From an uncultured Pseudomonadota bacterium (GTDB lineage Bacteria; Pseudomonadota; Alphaproteobacteria; RF32; CAG-239): DNA of 64,000 nt. Below, piece by piece: positions 31,981 through 41,731 of the stretch. Position 1 is the first letter of the stretch, and each line of letters opens with the position of its first letter. The stretch covers positions 192,295 to 256,294 of the forward strand of contig CABUUO010000001.1 of the NCBI GenBank assembly GCA_902494875.1, given 5' to 3'. Made by a program: the position numbers and the translations under genes. The notes under the pieces were generated by a model. That model was not told the DNA's origin. It made no database searches and saw only the letters and a list, made by a program, of their open reading frames with translations.

Positions 31981-32475
31981 ATGAAAAAACTTTTGCTGGC
32001 GACGGCTCTCGCCCTGCCCCTGCTTCTGAGCGCAAACGCTCAGGCTCAAAGAGCCAACCATACCAAAAAAGACGTATCGACACAAATTTCCGAAACCTAT
32101 GACAAGGCGGCCGACAAAACCAAAGAAGCCATGCACGACATGAAAGACGGCGTTTCAAAAAAAATGGACCAGATGAAGAAAAAACACTCTCCGGAACATA
32201 AAATGAAAGAAGAACAAAAAGAAATTGCCGAAAACTATGACAAGGCCGTCAAGAAAATCAATAAATCATCATTCAATCAGGATCAGAAAAATATGCTGCT
32301 CAAACAGGCCGCAGAAAACCGGGATCTGATGACAAAACAGCTTCAGGACCGAAGCAACCTGATGACAAAGCACTGGGACGCGCGTAAAAACGCCGACGGG
32401 TTCCCGGCAGCGGCAAGGTCCGAAAAAGACAATCGCAAAGCCGTTAAAGCCGTCAGGAAAATTCTCGACGACTAA
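31981..32475 (+). CDS. secreted Lys-rich repeat protein, about 164 aa
   Basis: The real start is probably MKKLLLATALALPLLLSANAQAQ, a signal peptide. Internal repeats include ETYDKAADKTKE and ENYDKAVKKINK. Confidence 0.5.
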   Translation: MKKLLLATALALPLLLSANAQAQRANHTKKDVSTQISETYDKAADKTKEAMHDMKDGVSKKMDQMKKKHSPEHKMKEEQKEIAENYDKAVKKINKSSFNQDQKNMLLKQAAENRDLMTKQLQDRSNLMTKHWDARKNADGFPAAARSEKDNRKAVKAVRKILDD

Positions 32476-32555
32476 TTCTTTTTCTTTGTAAACTCCCAAA
32501 AAAAACAGTCCCTGAAAAAACTTCGGGGACTGTTTTTAGTCAAACATGTAAAAAA

Positions 32556-33173
32556 TTAATGGAGAAACGCTTCCTCGTATTGACTGCTGTCAAAGCAGAT
32601 TTGAGGAAATCTTTCGGCAAAGTAGCCGAAAACGGCAGAACTGCCAATATTCTCCCCGTCCAGACATTCGTCTCCCTTGTCTTCCTCAACCCTGACGGCC
32701 AGACAAGTCAGAAAAGCCTCCACCTCGTTTTTATCAGCCTCAGGAAACAAGCGGACAATTTCGCCGCTTAGCTTTGGCATTTCCCTTCCGCCGTACAGCG
32801 ACATCTGCCAAACGGCATTGAGAAGATAAGTTATCTCCGGCACGGGAAAAACGGCGCAAGAAGCGTTCTGTACCTTTACCATTGCGGCCAGATGACGCAA
32901 CAGACGCGGAAGTCCGGCATAAAGCAAGGCTTCTTCATAGCTTCTGAACGGATACTGCGGCGCCTTGACCAAACGCTGATCATCCAAAATGCAGTATTGG
33001 AGATGCTTGCCTTTGGCCGTTTTGTTGAAGTTGGCACAAAAATAAGAACCGACCAAAAGCGGATAACCGTTAAGTTCTCCGTCGCAAACAAAACTTTTTT
33101 CTCCGTTGCCGAGCGTAATCACGAATCCCTTGAGAGCCTCTTCTCTAGAGACGGCTTTAATAATTTGTCTCAT
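32556..33173 (-). CDS. hypothetical protein, about 205 aa
   Basis: The track ORF, GTG-initiated at 33365, overlaps the proS start region. The first ATG that clears it is MRQIIKAVSREEALKG at c33171-33173. No domain recognised. Confidence 0.4.
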   Translation of the reverse strand: MRQIIKAVSREEALKGFVITLGNGEKSFVCDGELNGYPLLVGSYFCANFNKTAKGKHLQYCILDDQRLVKAPQYPFRSYEEALLYAGLPRLLRHLAAMVKVQNASCAVFPVPEITYLLNAVWQMSLYGGREMPKLSGEIVRLFPEADKNEVEAFLTCLAVRVEEDKGDECLDGENIGSSAVFGYFAERFPQICFDSSQYEEAFLH

Positions 33174-33348
33174 AATGTGAATATATTTAAAATTAACTTT
33201 TATGTTATACGCCATTTTAGACAAAATTGCAAGAAAAAAATATTGTGTATTTACAACCGGGATTTGTTCTGTTATCTTTTGTGAGCCTGCGCCATTGGGG
33301 GCGCGGGCTTTTAATTGCGATATTAAACTAAAAAATAGGAATAAACTT

Positions 33349-34866
33349 ATGACACTGAAAAACACAAGAGCAGGAAATTATCCTGAATGGTATCAAAACG
33401 TTGTGGCCGAAGCAGACATGGCGGAAAACTCCTCCAGCCCGGGATGTATGGTGATCAAACCGTGGGGATACGGCATCTGGGAACGCATTCGCGACGTTTT
33501 TGACGAGAAAATCAAAGAAACAGATCATGAAAACTGTTATTTTCCAATGTTTATTCCGCTTTCTTTCTTTCAAAAAGAGGCTGAGCATGTGGACGGCTTT
33601 GCCAAAGAGATGGCGGTTGTTACCCATTCACGTCTGGCGATGGAAGACGGTAAACTGGTTCCTTCCTCCGAACTGGACGAACCGTTGATCGTGCGGCCGA
33701 CCAGCGAAGCCATTATTGCCGACTCTTTTTCAAAATGGGTTAAATCTTATCGCGACCTGCCGGTTTTGATTAACCAGTGGGCTAATGTCGTTCGCTGGGA
33801 AATGCGTCCCCGCCTCTTCCTGCGTACCCGCGAATTTTTATGGCAGGAAGGACACACCGCTCATGCAACGGCCAAAGAAGCCGAAGAAGAAACAACCAGA
33901 ATGCTCGAAGCTTACCGCGAGTTGTGCGAAGACACGCTGGCCATGCCGGTAATTAAAGGCCGCAAACCCGAGTTCGACAAGTTTCCGGGCGCGGTCGACA
34001 CTTATTGCGTCGAAGCCATGATGCAGGACGGCAAAGCCCTGCAGGCCGGAACGTCTCATTTTCTGGGACAGAATTTTGCAAAGTCTGCCAACATTTCATT
34101 CATCAACGCCAACAACCAGCCGGAATTTGCCTATACGTCTTCATGGGGCGTTTCCACCCGCCTTATCGGCGGCGTTATCATGACGCATGCCGATGACGAG
34201 GGAATGGTCGTTCCACCGAGGATTGCCCCTTATCAGGTCGTTATTATCCCGGTAGTGAAAAAAGCCGAAGACGAAGAAACCGTGACGGCCTATATCAATG
34301 AACTGGCCAAACAGCTCAAAACACAAACTCCGTTCGGCGAAAAAATCCGCATTAAAATTGACAAACGCGACCGTAAGAGCGTTGACAAGTTCTGGGAATG
34401 GACCAAGAAAGGCGCTCCGGTTATCTGTGAAGTCGGCATGCGCGACGTCGAGAACGGCGGCCTGATGGTTAAAGAACGTCTGAAACTAGGCACTCCCGAA
34501 GGCAAAGAAATCGTGAACAAAGATGCTTTTGCATCAACCATTGCCTCTCGTTTGGAAAACATACAGAAAGCTATGTTCAACAAAGCCAAGGCAATGCTGG
34601 AAGCCAATATCCGTACCGATATTGACACACCGGAAGCTTTCAGAGAATATTTCAGCCGATCCAACGCCTGGATAGAAGACGGCAAGCAAGGCAAGGTCGC
34701 TTTCGTCCGCGGCAAGTGGAGCGGCGACGAAAACAGCGAAGCCCTGCTCAAAGAGCTGAAAATAAACATTCGCTGCATTCCCTTTGACCAGGACGGAAAA
34801 GAAGGGAAATGTCTCCTGACCGGAAAACCGGCCACAATCGACGTTATCTACGCACGTTCTTATTAA
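33349..34866 (+). CDS. proS: proline--tRNA ligase, archaeal/eukaryotic-like type
   Basis: The real start is MTLKNTRAGNYPEWYQNVV, in frame with track ORF 33202. The architecture is the approximately 505-aa archaeal/eukaryotic form with a conserved C-terminal ...IYARSY Tyr terminus. Confidence 0.8.
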   Translation: MTLKNTRAGNYPEWYQNVVAEADMAENSSSPGCMVIKPWGYGIWERIRDVFDEKIKETDHENCYFPMFIPLSFFQKEAEHVDGFAKEMAVVTHSRLAMEDGKLVPSSELDEPLIVRPTSEAIIADSFSKWVKSYRDLPVLINQWANVVRWEMRPRLFLRTREFLWQEGHTAHATAKEAEEETTRMLEAYRELCEDTLAMPVIKGRKPEFDKFPGAVDTYCVEAMMQDGKALQAGTSHFLGQNFAKSANISFINANNQPEFAYTSSWGVSTRLIGGVIMTHADDEGMVVPPRIAPYQVVIIPVVKKAEDEETVTAYINELAKQLKTQTPFGEKIRIKIDKRDRKSVDKFWEWTKKGAPVICEVGMRDVENGGLMVKERLKLGTPEGKEIVNKDAFASTIASRLENIQKAMFNKAKAMLEANIRTDIDTPEAFREYFSRSNAWIEDGKQGKVAFVRGKWSGDENSEALLKELKINIRCIPFDQDGKEGKCLLTGKPATIDVIYARSY

Positions 34867-34984
34867 CTGTGACAGACAAACATAGTGCCCCGGAGCCAAA
34901 ACTCTGGGGCTTTTTTTGATTATTATTTTGACTATGTATTCTATTTACAATAGACTCTCTGCTGTAAATTAAGGAGAAAACAGA

Positions 34985-36118
34985 ATGAAAAAGCTTTGGT
35001 ACTCTCTGGCTTGGGGATTGCTGTGTACGACGGCCGCCGCAACAGCGCAGGAAAATGCCGGACCGTTTCCTAAACCGGCAGCAGAAAGAATACAGAAAGA
35101 ACCCGCGGCAGATTTTCCCCGCCCGCTTCAGCCCGTACAACAAAACGAAAAAGACAACGAAAGTTTTATCGTTTTACCCGAAGAAGTTTTACAAGCTGAA
35201 GAAAATGACGAAGACAACGAACTGAGAGCCGCATCGCTTATCGGCGACGATACGGACGAAGAAGCTCCGGTCGAATTTCCCAAACCCAGAGATCCGGTTT
35301 TGCCGCAGCCTCAGGATAACGATACCCCACCGTCTGAAAACATTGCCGTTCCAGAGATGCCTTCCAACATAAAGCAGCCGCGGCCTGCCGTCGTTTCTGC
35401 CCCCGCAGCAGCTTCTGACCATAAGACTGTTCCCGCCGCCGAACCGACAGGACCTCAAACTCTGAAAGAAGAACTTAAAGCGCCGGTTTCGGAGCCTCTC
35501 ACGCAGCCAGAAGAAAATACAGCAAATTCAGAAGCATCTTCAGAACAAATTAAACCAAAAGATGAAGTTTCTTCATCTTCCAAAGAAAACCAGACTTCAG
35601 TCTCCGCTCCGCAGGAAAATCTGCCTAAACCAAAGGAACCGGCAGCGGTCTCTGCTGAAGAAAAAACTGTCGCAGAAGAAACTCCGCCGGCAGAAACAAA
35701 CGATAAAGCATCGGATACGGGCAACGACGATGAGACTTCCAGCCTGCAAGATGCCATTCATGCGCAAACACCGGCCGGCCCTTACGCCTTGAGCAAAGAC
35801 GCTCCCATTCCCTCCAAACTCTTGGGAGATTCCGGTTTTGCACCGGCTTTGCTAAACAAAACGATTGAAATTTCTCCCGAACAGCGCGTCAAGATGCTGA
35901 TGAAAAAGAAATATGACGAAATGGACGCCAACCATGACGGAATGGTTTCCGAAGAAGAATTTGTCACTTACAAAACCGAAGAAGCGCGCAAAATCGCCAA
36001 GGAAATATTCAAACGCGTTGACCGCAACAGCAACGGCCTGCTCTCTGAATATGAATACGGAATCTTGATGAACAAAATGATTGAAAATTATATAAAGCAG
36101 CCCAAAATACCAAAATAG
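34985..36118 (+). CDS. secreted Pro/Glu-rich protein with C-terminal EF-hand pair
   Basis: A signal peptide (LAWGLLCTTAAATAQ) and an approximately 260-aa acidic/Pro-rich low-complexity region precede two EF-hand loops (DANHDGMVSEEEF, DRNSNGLLSEYEY). Confidence 0.6.
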   Translation: MKKLWYSLAWGLLCTTAAATAQENAGPFPKPAAERIQKEPAADFPRPLQPVQQNEKDNESFIVLPEEVLQAEENDEDNELRAASLIGDDTDEEAPVEFPKPRDPVLPQPQDNDTPPSENIAVPEMPSNIKQPRPAVVSAPAAASDHKTVPAAEPTGPQTLKEELKAPVSEPLTQPEENTANSEASSEQIKPKDEVSSSSKENQTSVSAPQENLPKPKEPAAVSAEEKTVAEETPPAETNDKASDTGNDDETSSLQDAIHAQTPAGPYALSKDAPIPSKLLGDSGFAPALLNKTIEISPEQRVKMLMKKKYDEMDANHDGMVSEEEFVTYKTEEARKIAKEIFKRVDRNSNGLLSEYEYGILMNKMIENYIKQPKIPK

Positions 36119-36129
36119 GAGAAGATTTT

Positions 36130-36531
36130 ATGAATAAAACAATATTGACATTAACGGCGGCGGTTCTCATTTCCGGAAGTGTCGCGGCATACGCCAAGGA
36201 ATGTCCTGACGGCGATCAAAGCCCAGAATGCACGGTCCAGCAGCAGCGCGCGGCGTTTGCCAAGGCTCAGGATAAGGCGCGGGTCAAAATGAATCAGAAT
36301 TTAAGAAAGCAGTTTTCCGCCATGGATACCAATCAGGACGGAAAAGTAACCAAAGAAGAGTTTGTTACCTACCGTCTCAAAAATCTTGAAAAACAACAAG
36401 CGGAAATTTTTAACAAGATAGACGCCGACGGCAAAGGGAGCATTACCGAAGACGAATATGTGGGCAGCGTCAACAATTTGTTGAATGACATTGCTTCTCA
36501 AATTGCCAACAGCATAAAAAAGAATATGTAA
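36130..36531 (+). CDS. secreted EF-hand calcium-binding protein
   Basis: 133 aa; signal peptide; two EF-hand loops (DTNQDGKVTKEEF, DADGKGSITEDEY); followed by a hairpin-T9 terminator. Confidence 0.6.
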   Translation: MNKTILTLTAAVLISGSVAAYAKECPDGDQSPECTVQQQRAAFAKAQDKARVKMNQNLRKQFSAMDTNQDGKVTKEEFVTYRLKNLEKQQAEIFNKIDADGKGSITEDEYVGSVNNLLNDIASQIANSIKKNM

Positions 36532-36550
36532 GAAAAGCATTCTTTACGGA

Positions 36551-36577
36551 AAAACCGCCTTTCGGCGGTTTTTTTTT
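36551..36577. terminator. bidirectional terminator between the EF-hand gene(+) and the 137-aa ORF(-)
   Basis: A4-CCGCC-TTTC-GGCGG-T9. Confidence 0.6.
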
Positions 36578-36578
36578 A

Positions 36579-36992
36579 CTAATTACGGTTTTGTTTCAGC
36601 CATTGTTCCCAATTCTGCCCATTTATCAGCAGATGTTTCAAATGCGGCTGCTTGTCGGCCGGATAAGCAAAAACCAGTTCCAACGTCAAATTTTCCCTGC
36701 GGATAACCTTGTCCAGATATAAGGCATCGCCTTCCGGGAGATAGTAGTTATAAACGCTCTGGAACCGGCTTGGATGGCAAAGATTGTCACTAAACTGGCG
36801 ACAATCCGTTTCCTGCCAGTTCAACCTCAGGCTCAGATAATGTCCGGAAATAAGGCTGCGGGGATCAAATCCTTCGGCTCTGATCGTTATTTCCTGAGCA
36901 TGTTTGATTTTATATTCGACCGAAGCGGCCCAAACTGCCAGAAAAATTACCGGCAAGGCCAATGCCGCCATGAGCAGTATTCTTTTCTTCAT
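36579..36992 (-). CDS. exported hypothetical protein, 137 aa
   Basis: N-terminal signal/anchor (LLMAALALPVIFLAVWAA); overlaps the upstream membrane-protein gene by 1 nt (ATGA-type coupling). Confidence 0.45.
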   Translation of the reverse strand: MKKRILLMAALALPVIFLAVWAASVEYKIKHAQEITIRAEGFDPRSLISGHYLSLRLNWQETDCRQFSDNLCHPSRFQSVYNYYLPEGDALYLDKVIRRENLTLELVFAYPADKQPHLKHLLINGQNWEQWLKQNRN

Positions 36993-38161
36993 TATTTGGG
37001 TTCCCTTACATCTATAAACTTTTCAATATGCAGGCGTTTCCACAGACAGATGATGCCGAGGAACACAAAGCCAGAAACAATCAGCCCGATGCCGGTTGTC
37101 AGCAGACTGCCGAAAACTTGTATATAAACAATGAAAAAACGCAGAGCCATCAATCCGGTTGCCAAATTAAGCAGCTTGTGCCGCCCCTTAATCAGAGCAT
37201 AGGCACAAAGGCAGCTCAAAGCCGACATAGTTAGCAGAAAACCCCAGACGTCCAAAACGTCGGTATTGTGCGGAAGGCTGGTATATATAAAGGAAAAGCC
37301 GAGCAGAATCGCCAGAATGCAGGTCAAAAGACGAGAGTAGTTATATTTGTGGCTGAAGTAACCGAAACCAGCAACCGTAACTACCAGAAGCGATATGACG
37401 ATTGAAGACACATAGCTGCCGGCGGAATGCATATGGCCGAACATACCTGAAACAAAAGGATTGCCGGCACCGAAATCCATCATCAGCACCAAGACGACAA
37501 TGTCAAACACCAGCCAGAATTTCAACGCTTTTACAACCGCGGCCAGCCTGGTGCGGAAATGGATGGCCAGCAGGCGATAAACAAATGACAGAACTAAGAT
37601 GCCGGTAATGGAAATGGCAAACGGAAAAGAACGTTCTACAATGCCCAAAATGCGGTCAATCCAGCTTATGTGGGTCAGCAGGTCAATCGTCGAAGCGGTA
37701 AAAACCGGAAACCAGACAATCGGCAGTACCAGTTTTTGCGTATAGAACAAAAGCGGCGCGGTCAGCAGGGACCAGATGAAATATGCCTTATAGCCGTCCG
37801 GCTGGATCTGGTATATCTGCGCAATCAGTCCGATGCTGGCCAGAATCATTACGGCATAAAGCACTATCGTCGTCTCAAACCAGAGCGTTTTTTCATTACG
37901 GGCAAAGCGATATGCCGCAACTGCCAGAACAATAAGAAAAACAAAGTCAAAAAAGAGCTTTACGCTCCCCGGAATGAGCTGCCAGTTGGCTGATATCAGC
38001 GAAACAATGCCCAGTCCGATACAAAAGACGGACAAAGCCAGAAAAGAATACATAAACATCGGTTTACGGCATTTTTGTTCATAGGCCAGAATGGCCTCTG
38101 CCTGAGAAGCCGTAATTAGGTTACGCTGTTGCCAGCCGGCCAGTTTTTTTGTCAGATTCAT
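36992..38161 (-). CDS. polytopic membrane protein, 389 aa (DUF2157-like architecture)
   Basis: About 10-11 TM helices after a short cytoplasmic N-terminus; translationally coupled to the downstream 137-aa exported protein. Confidence 0.5.
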   Translation of the reverse strand: MNLTKKLAGWQQRNLITASQAEAILAYEQKCRKPMFMYSFLALSVFCIGLGIVSLISANWQLIPGSVKLFFDFVFLIVLAVAAYRFARNEKTLWFETTIVLYAVMILASIGLIAQIYQIQPDGYKAYFIWSLLTAPLLFYTQKLVLPIVWFPVFTASTIDLLTHISWIDRILGIVERSFPFAISITGILVLSFVYRLLAIHFRTRLAAVVKALKFWLVFDIVVLVLMMDFGAGNPFVSGMFGHMHSAGSYVSSIVISLLVVTVAGFGYFSHKYNYSRLLTCILAILLGFSFIYTSLPHNTDVLDVWGFLLTMSALSCLCAYALIKGRHKLLNLATGLMALRFFIVYIQVFGSLLTTGIGLIVSGFVFLGIICLWKRLHIEKFIDVREPK

Positions 38162-38232
38162 ATTGTTTTTCCAATGTTATCAAGACTTTTAAGTATTGTT
38201 ATGTAATAATAAGGCATTGTCAATCAGATTAT

Positions 38233-38261
38233 AAAAAAAGGAGATGATATTTCACATCTCC
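38233..38261 (-). terminator. intrinsic terminator downstream of ppa
   Basis: GGAGATG/CATCTCC stem followed by T7 in the minus-strand transcript. Confidence 0.5.
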
Positions 38262-38272
38262 GGGAATGTATA

Positions 38273-38824
38273 TTACCCGCCGTAACCGGCCAAGGTGGTT
38301 TTACATTCTTCATAAAGGCGACAAGCGTCGACAACCGCCTTTTTGGCTTCTTCGGGGCCTAAGAAGGCCTCGATTTTGACTTCTTTGTTTTCCAGCACTT
38401 TATAGTCTTCAAAAAAGCGTTGCAGCGTTTTCAGAACATGTTGGGGAAGCTCGTCAATCGATTTGTACTGTGCATATTCGGGATCGTCTACATGGACGGC
38501 AATGATTTTGTCATCAGCCTCACCCTGGTCAATCATCTTCATAACGCCGATCGGTTTGGCGCGCACGATGGACAGCGGAACCACGGCCTCCTGCCCCAGA
38601 ACCAGAATGTCCAACGGGTCATTGTCATCGCAATAGGTTTTGGGAATGAAACCATAATTGGCCGGATAGTGAACGGCACTGTACAAAATGCGGTCAACTT
38701 TGAGCAGACCGCTTAACTTGTCAAGCTCGTACTTGGTTTTGGAACCTTTGGGAACTTCAATTATCGCCGTAATGATTTCGGGCATATTTTTACCGGTTTC
38801 AACACCGTGCCATGGATGCAGCAT
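38273..38824 (-). CDS. ppa: inorganic pyrophosphatase, family I
   Basis: 183 aa; DPLDILVLG and surrounding family-I PPase motifs. Confidence 0.9.
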   Translation of the reverse strand: MLHPWHGVETGKNMPEIITAIIEVPKGSKTKYELDKLSGLLKVDRILYSAVHYPANYGFIPKTYCDDNDPLDILVLGQEAVVPLSIVRAKPIGVMKMIDQGEADDKIIAVHVDDPEYAQYKSIDELPQHVLKTLQRFFEDYKVLENKEVKIEAFLGPEEAKKAVVDACRLYEECKTTLAGYGG

Positions 38825-38902
38825 TATTCAATTCCTTTTTGTTGTCGATTAAGGATTAAAATAGAGATTTTTGCCCGAATGTCAAAGCTTTTATTTACGC
38901 AT

Positions 38903-38931
38903 AAAAAAACAGCCGTCGTTGCGGCGGCTGT
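38903..38931 (-). terminator. intrinsic terminator downstream of the 173-aa ORF
   Basis: CAGCCG/CGGCTG stem followed by T7 in the minus-strand transcript. Confidence 0.45.
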
Positions 38932-38951
38932 CTAAATCTTCATAAGCGCGG

Positions 38952-39473
38952 TTATCGTTCGTTTTCTTCGCGTTCGGTAAAAAATTCGCGATAAGCGCGG
39001 ACAAAGTCCTCTTCATTTCCAAGCTTTCCCTTTACAAACTTGCAGCAGGCCACGTTGATAAGCTCCGGCAACGAAATCTGCATGGTTTCAAGCTCCAAGC
39101 GTTCCGAAATCAGCTTTTTCATTCTCGGCGTACGGCGGAAGAAATAGTTCCAGAGGCTGACTTCCGAAAGCTCCGCATTTATTTCCTTATGGCGCCGATG
39201 ATCCCGATGAAACTGACTGATTCTGTTCTCGGCGGCGGCAATATCCGGCTTGAAAGCGTTGACCGCTCCGGACATTGTTATTTTCAAGAAATCGTCCTTG
39301 CCGGCCAAAACGAGCACATTGGACAATTCGTCGTGGATTCCGCAACCTGAAACAATCGGCTGGTTTGCATAATAGTCTCTGACTACGGCATTATACAACA
39401 AACGGAAAATGCCATTGGCGTCAAGTCCTTCTTCCTGGAAAAACGAACTTGCATTGTAAACTTTGATGTTCAT
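38952..39473 (-). CDS. hypothetical protein, 173 aa
   Basis: Track ORF with its own hairpin-T7 terminator. Confidence 0.45.
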   Translation of the reverse strand: MNIKVYNASSFFQEEGLDANGIFRLLYNAVVRDYYANQPIVSGCGIHDELSNVLVLAGKDDFLKITMSGAVNAFKPDIAAAENRISQFHRDHRRHKEINAELSEVSLWNYFFRRTPRMKKLISERLELETMQISLPELINVACCKFVKGKLGNEEDFVRAYREFFTEREENER

Positions 39474-39570
39474 AGATTTACATTTTAGAGTGATAATATT
39501 TTAATAACAAACATGCTAATTGACGATATGTTTATCAATTAGCATGTTTTTGGACAAAACTCAATATAAA

Positions 39571-40698
39571 TTATTGTTTTTCGCAAACAATCAACGGAAC
39601 AAGCATTTCCTTTTCGCTCAAACCGGCGTGGTGTGCCACAAAATCAACCGGTTCGACACCGTTCGGCGTTTGATACTGAATGATGATGTCGCCGACGGCC
39701 AGCGCAACATAATCCCCCATAAAACCGCGGAAGCGAGGATGTATTCTGCCGGTGCCGGCGTAACCTTCCGCAATATAATCTTCCGTCTTGAGCAGGATAT
39801 AGTCTTGGCCGAAGCGTTCGCGGAACAGTCGTTCAAAGTCTGCCTCTCTTCCCGGTTTGACATAAAACGCGATCGTCCGGGGTTCAACCGCCGGCGGCAG
39901 ACGCAGGCAGTCGTCAAGCTCTTTGATTTCATTCAGCAAAACCGAATCTTTAATGTCAAGCAGTCCGTGGTCGGCCGTAACAATCAGCATACTGTCCTCC
40001 AGCGCCTGATAAAGCGCCTCAAGCTTTGCATTCAGAGAAGTGATACAGTTTTTGGTCTCTTCGCTGTAACAGCCGGTTTTGTGCATGATACCGTCAGGAT
40101 TTTTCCAGTAAGCGAGCACGAACTTCTTTTCGTCTTTGCGCGACAGTTTTTCCAAAATGCGGCATATATCATCAAAGCTTTTCACCTCAAAATTTCCCCA
40201 GGGCTGAGCCACGCCGTATCCTTCGGCCGCACCGCTCTCGGCGATTTGCTCGTTCAAACGCTTAAAGCCCATTATCTGTTCCGGCGAAGGCGTTGACAGC
40301 GGCTGCTGGGTATAATAGTCAAAATTACGGAACAGTTCGACACAGCGGCCGTATTCCTCAAAGTAACACTGCCAGCCGGCCCAGCCGTGTTCCAAAGGCG
40401 GCAAACCGGAATAAATGCTGGTGGTGGCTGCCGCCGTCGTCGGCGGATAAACAGAAGAAATCGGTTTTATGATATGCGAACGGAGAAAACTGTTCTCTGG
40501 AAGATTGTGCTCCAGCATATCGGTTCCCATACCGTCCAATACCAAAAGAATAACCGTGCGCGGATTTTTTTCCGCCAGAGCAGCGTCCAGTTCCGGCAGC
40601 GTCTGATGCCGGGCGGGAAGACCGTAGTGTTTCAATATCGAGTTTGACAAACTGACCAGCGAATTTTGATAATCGGGTTTAAAAATCTTCTGCTTCAT
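39571..40698 (-). CDS. alkaline-phosphatase-superfamily enzyme, type I phosphodiesterase/nucleotide pyrophosphatase-like
   Basis: 375 aa; VILLVLDGMG, a T-rich Thr nucleophile region (SVYPPTTAAATTSIY) and VTADHG metal-site motif. Confidence 0.55.
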   Translation of the reverse strand: MKQKIFKPDYQNSLVSLSNSILKHYGLPARHQTLPELDAALAEKNPRTVILLVLDGMGTDMLEHNLPENSFLRSHIIKPISSVYPPTTAAATTSIYSGLPPLEHGWAGWQCYFEEYGRCVELFRNFDYYTQQPLSTPSPEQIMGFKRLNEQIAESGAAEGYGVAQPWGNFEVKSFDDICRILEKLSRKDEKKFVLAYWKNPDGIMHKTGCYSEETKNCITSLNAKLEALYQALEDSMLIVTADHGLLDIKDSVLLNEIKELDDCLRLPPAVEPRTIAFYVKPGREADFERLFRERFGQDYILLKTEDYIAEGYAGTGRIHPRFRGFMGDYVALAVGDIIIQYQTPNGVEPVDFVAHHAGLSEKEMLVPLIVCEKQ

Positions 40699-40756
40699 AT
40701 TCTTATGCCTAAATAAATTATTCCGACAGAAAGTTTAGAAGAAGATTTTTGCGATG

Positions 40757-41434
40757 TCAAAGTTTATTTATGCGATAATGCTTTCTTCCGCGGCGCCACA
40801 AGTTAAGAACCAGCAGCAGACAGATTATGCCCAGTGAACCGCTGACCGCGGTCAGAATCTGCTGACGACTCCAAGCCCGGGTGATTTCATTGACATTAAC
40901 GGCCGAACCGACAATTTTGAAATCCGGCGTATTATTCTTGTGCAGAACCGTCACGGTTATTTGGTTGCCGGGATTTAAGAAATCAAATTTTATGACTATG
41001 GCACCGCCGATGTCTTCCAGTTCAGCCGTTACGGCCGGCGAAGTCTGATTATTGTCTATGGTGTAATGTGTGACGCCCGCTCCTTTAGGAATGACGATGC
41101 GGATCGGATCATGACCGATTTTGGAAACGTCGGCTCCGGCCAGCGCCTGCTCACCGCTGTTTACTAAAGTTACATCAGTTTGATATAAGTCTTTATACTC
41201 TTCCGATTTGACAATGATTTTAAAGTCATTTTTATTGTTGGAAGATATTATATTGTTTGTCGTCGTGACATATTCCAATATCGGACGGTTGATATAAAAC
41301 TGGTAAGAACCGACCAGAATGGCCGAAACGCCTATCAGAAAGGCCCCTGTCTTGCTGGTCAGAAAGTCCCAACAGTGTTTTAAAAAGCGCTTAAATCGGC
41401 TGCGATGAAAAAAGTAGCGGTGTTGTCCAAACAT
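40757..41434 (-). CDS. hypothetical membrane-anchored protein, 225 aa
   Basis: Track ORF with N- and C-terminal hydrophobic helices. Confidence 0.4.
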   Translation of the reverse strand: MFGQHRYFFHRSRFKRFLKHCWDFLTSKTGAFLIGVSAILVGSYQFYINRPILEYVTTTNNIISSNNKNDFKIIVKSEEYKDLYQTDVTLVNSGEQALAGADVSKIGHDPIRIVIPKGAGVTHYTIDNNQTSPAVTAELEDIGGAIVIKFDFLNPGNQITVTVLHKNNTPDFKIVGSAVNVNEITRAWSRQQILTAVSGSLGIICLLLVLNLWRRGRKHYRINKL

Positions 41435-41539
41435 ATTGTTCCTCCATAAATCAGCTTAATATGTAATCATTATGCCCGGCCTTTAAATACTTTTACTTCC
41501 GTTTTTCGCAACAAAAACAAAAATAATTAAAAATACCCC

Positions 41540-41568
41540 TTGCCTAACCGCCAATTTGCGGTTATATA
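41540..41568 (+). promoter_or_regulatory. sigma70-like promoter for the csp gene (TTGCCT-N17-TATATA)
   Basis: TTGCCT at 41540-41545, a 17-nt spacer, TATATA at 41563-41568; it would give an approximately 155-nt leader before the csp ATG. Confidence 0.35.
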
Positions 41569-41731
41569 TAAACCCGTAACTAAACTCTGTGGTCTAAGAG
41601 TGACTCTTTATCTAATGATTTTTATCCTTATATTTTAAAGAAACATCGTTCCCCACATTAATCTAGTTTATTGTATCAAGGCATTGTGCCTTGGTTTGTT
41701 TTAACCTGTTTCTTTATAAAGGATTTTCAAA

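Noticed and set aside
33174-33365. A 64-aa N-terminal extension of the 269-aa minus-strand ORF, running across the proS upstream region.
   Set aside because: The track ORF starts on a non-ATG codon (GTG, complement of 33363-33365) and would overlap the proS promoter and start. The first ATG that clears it is at 33171-33173. Other track starts are likewise over-extended, for example 33202, 31900, 28801 and 56365.
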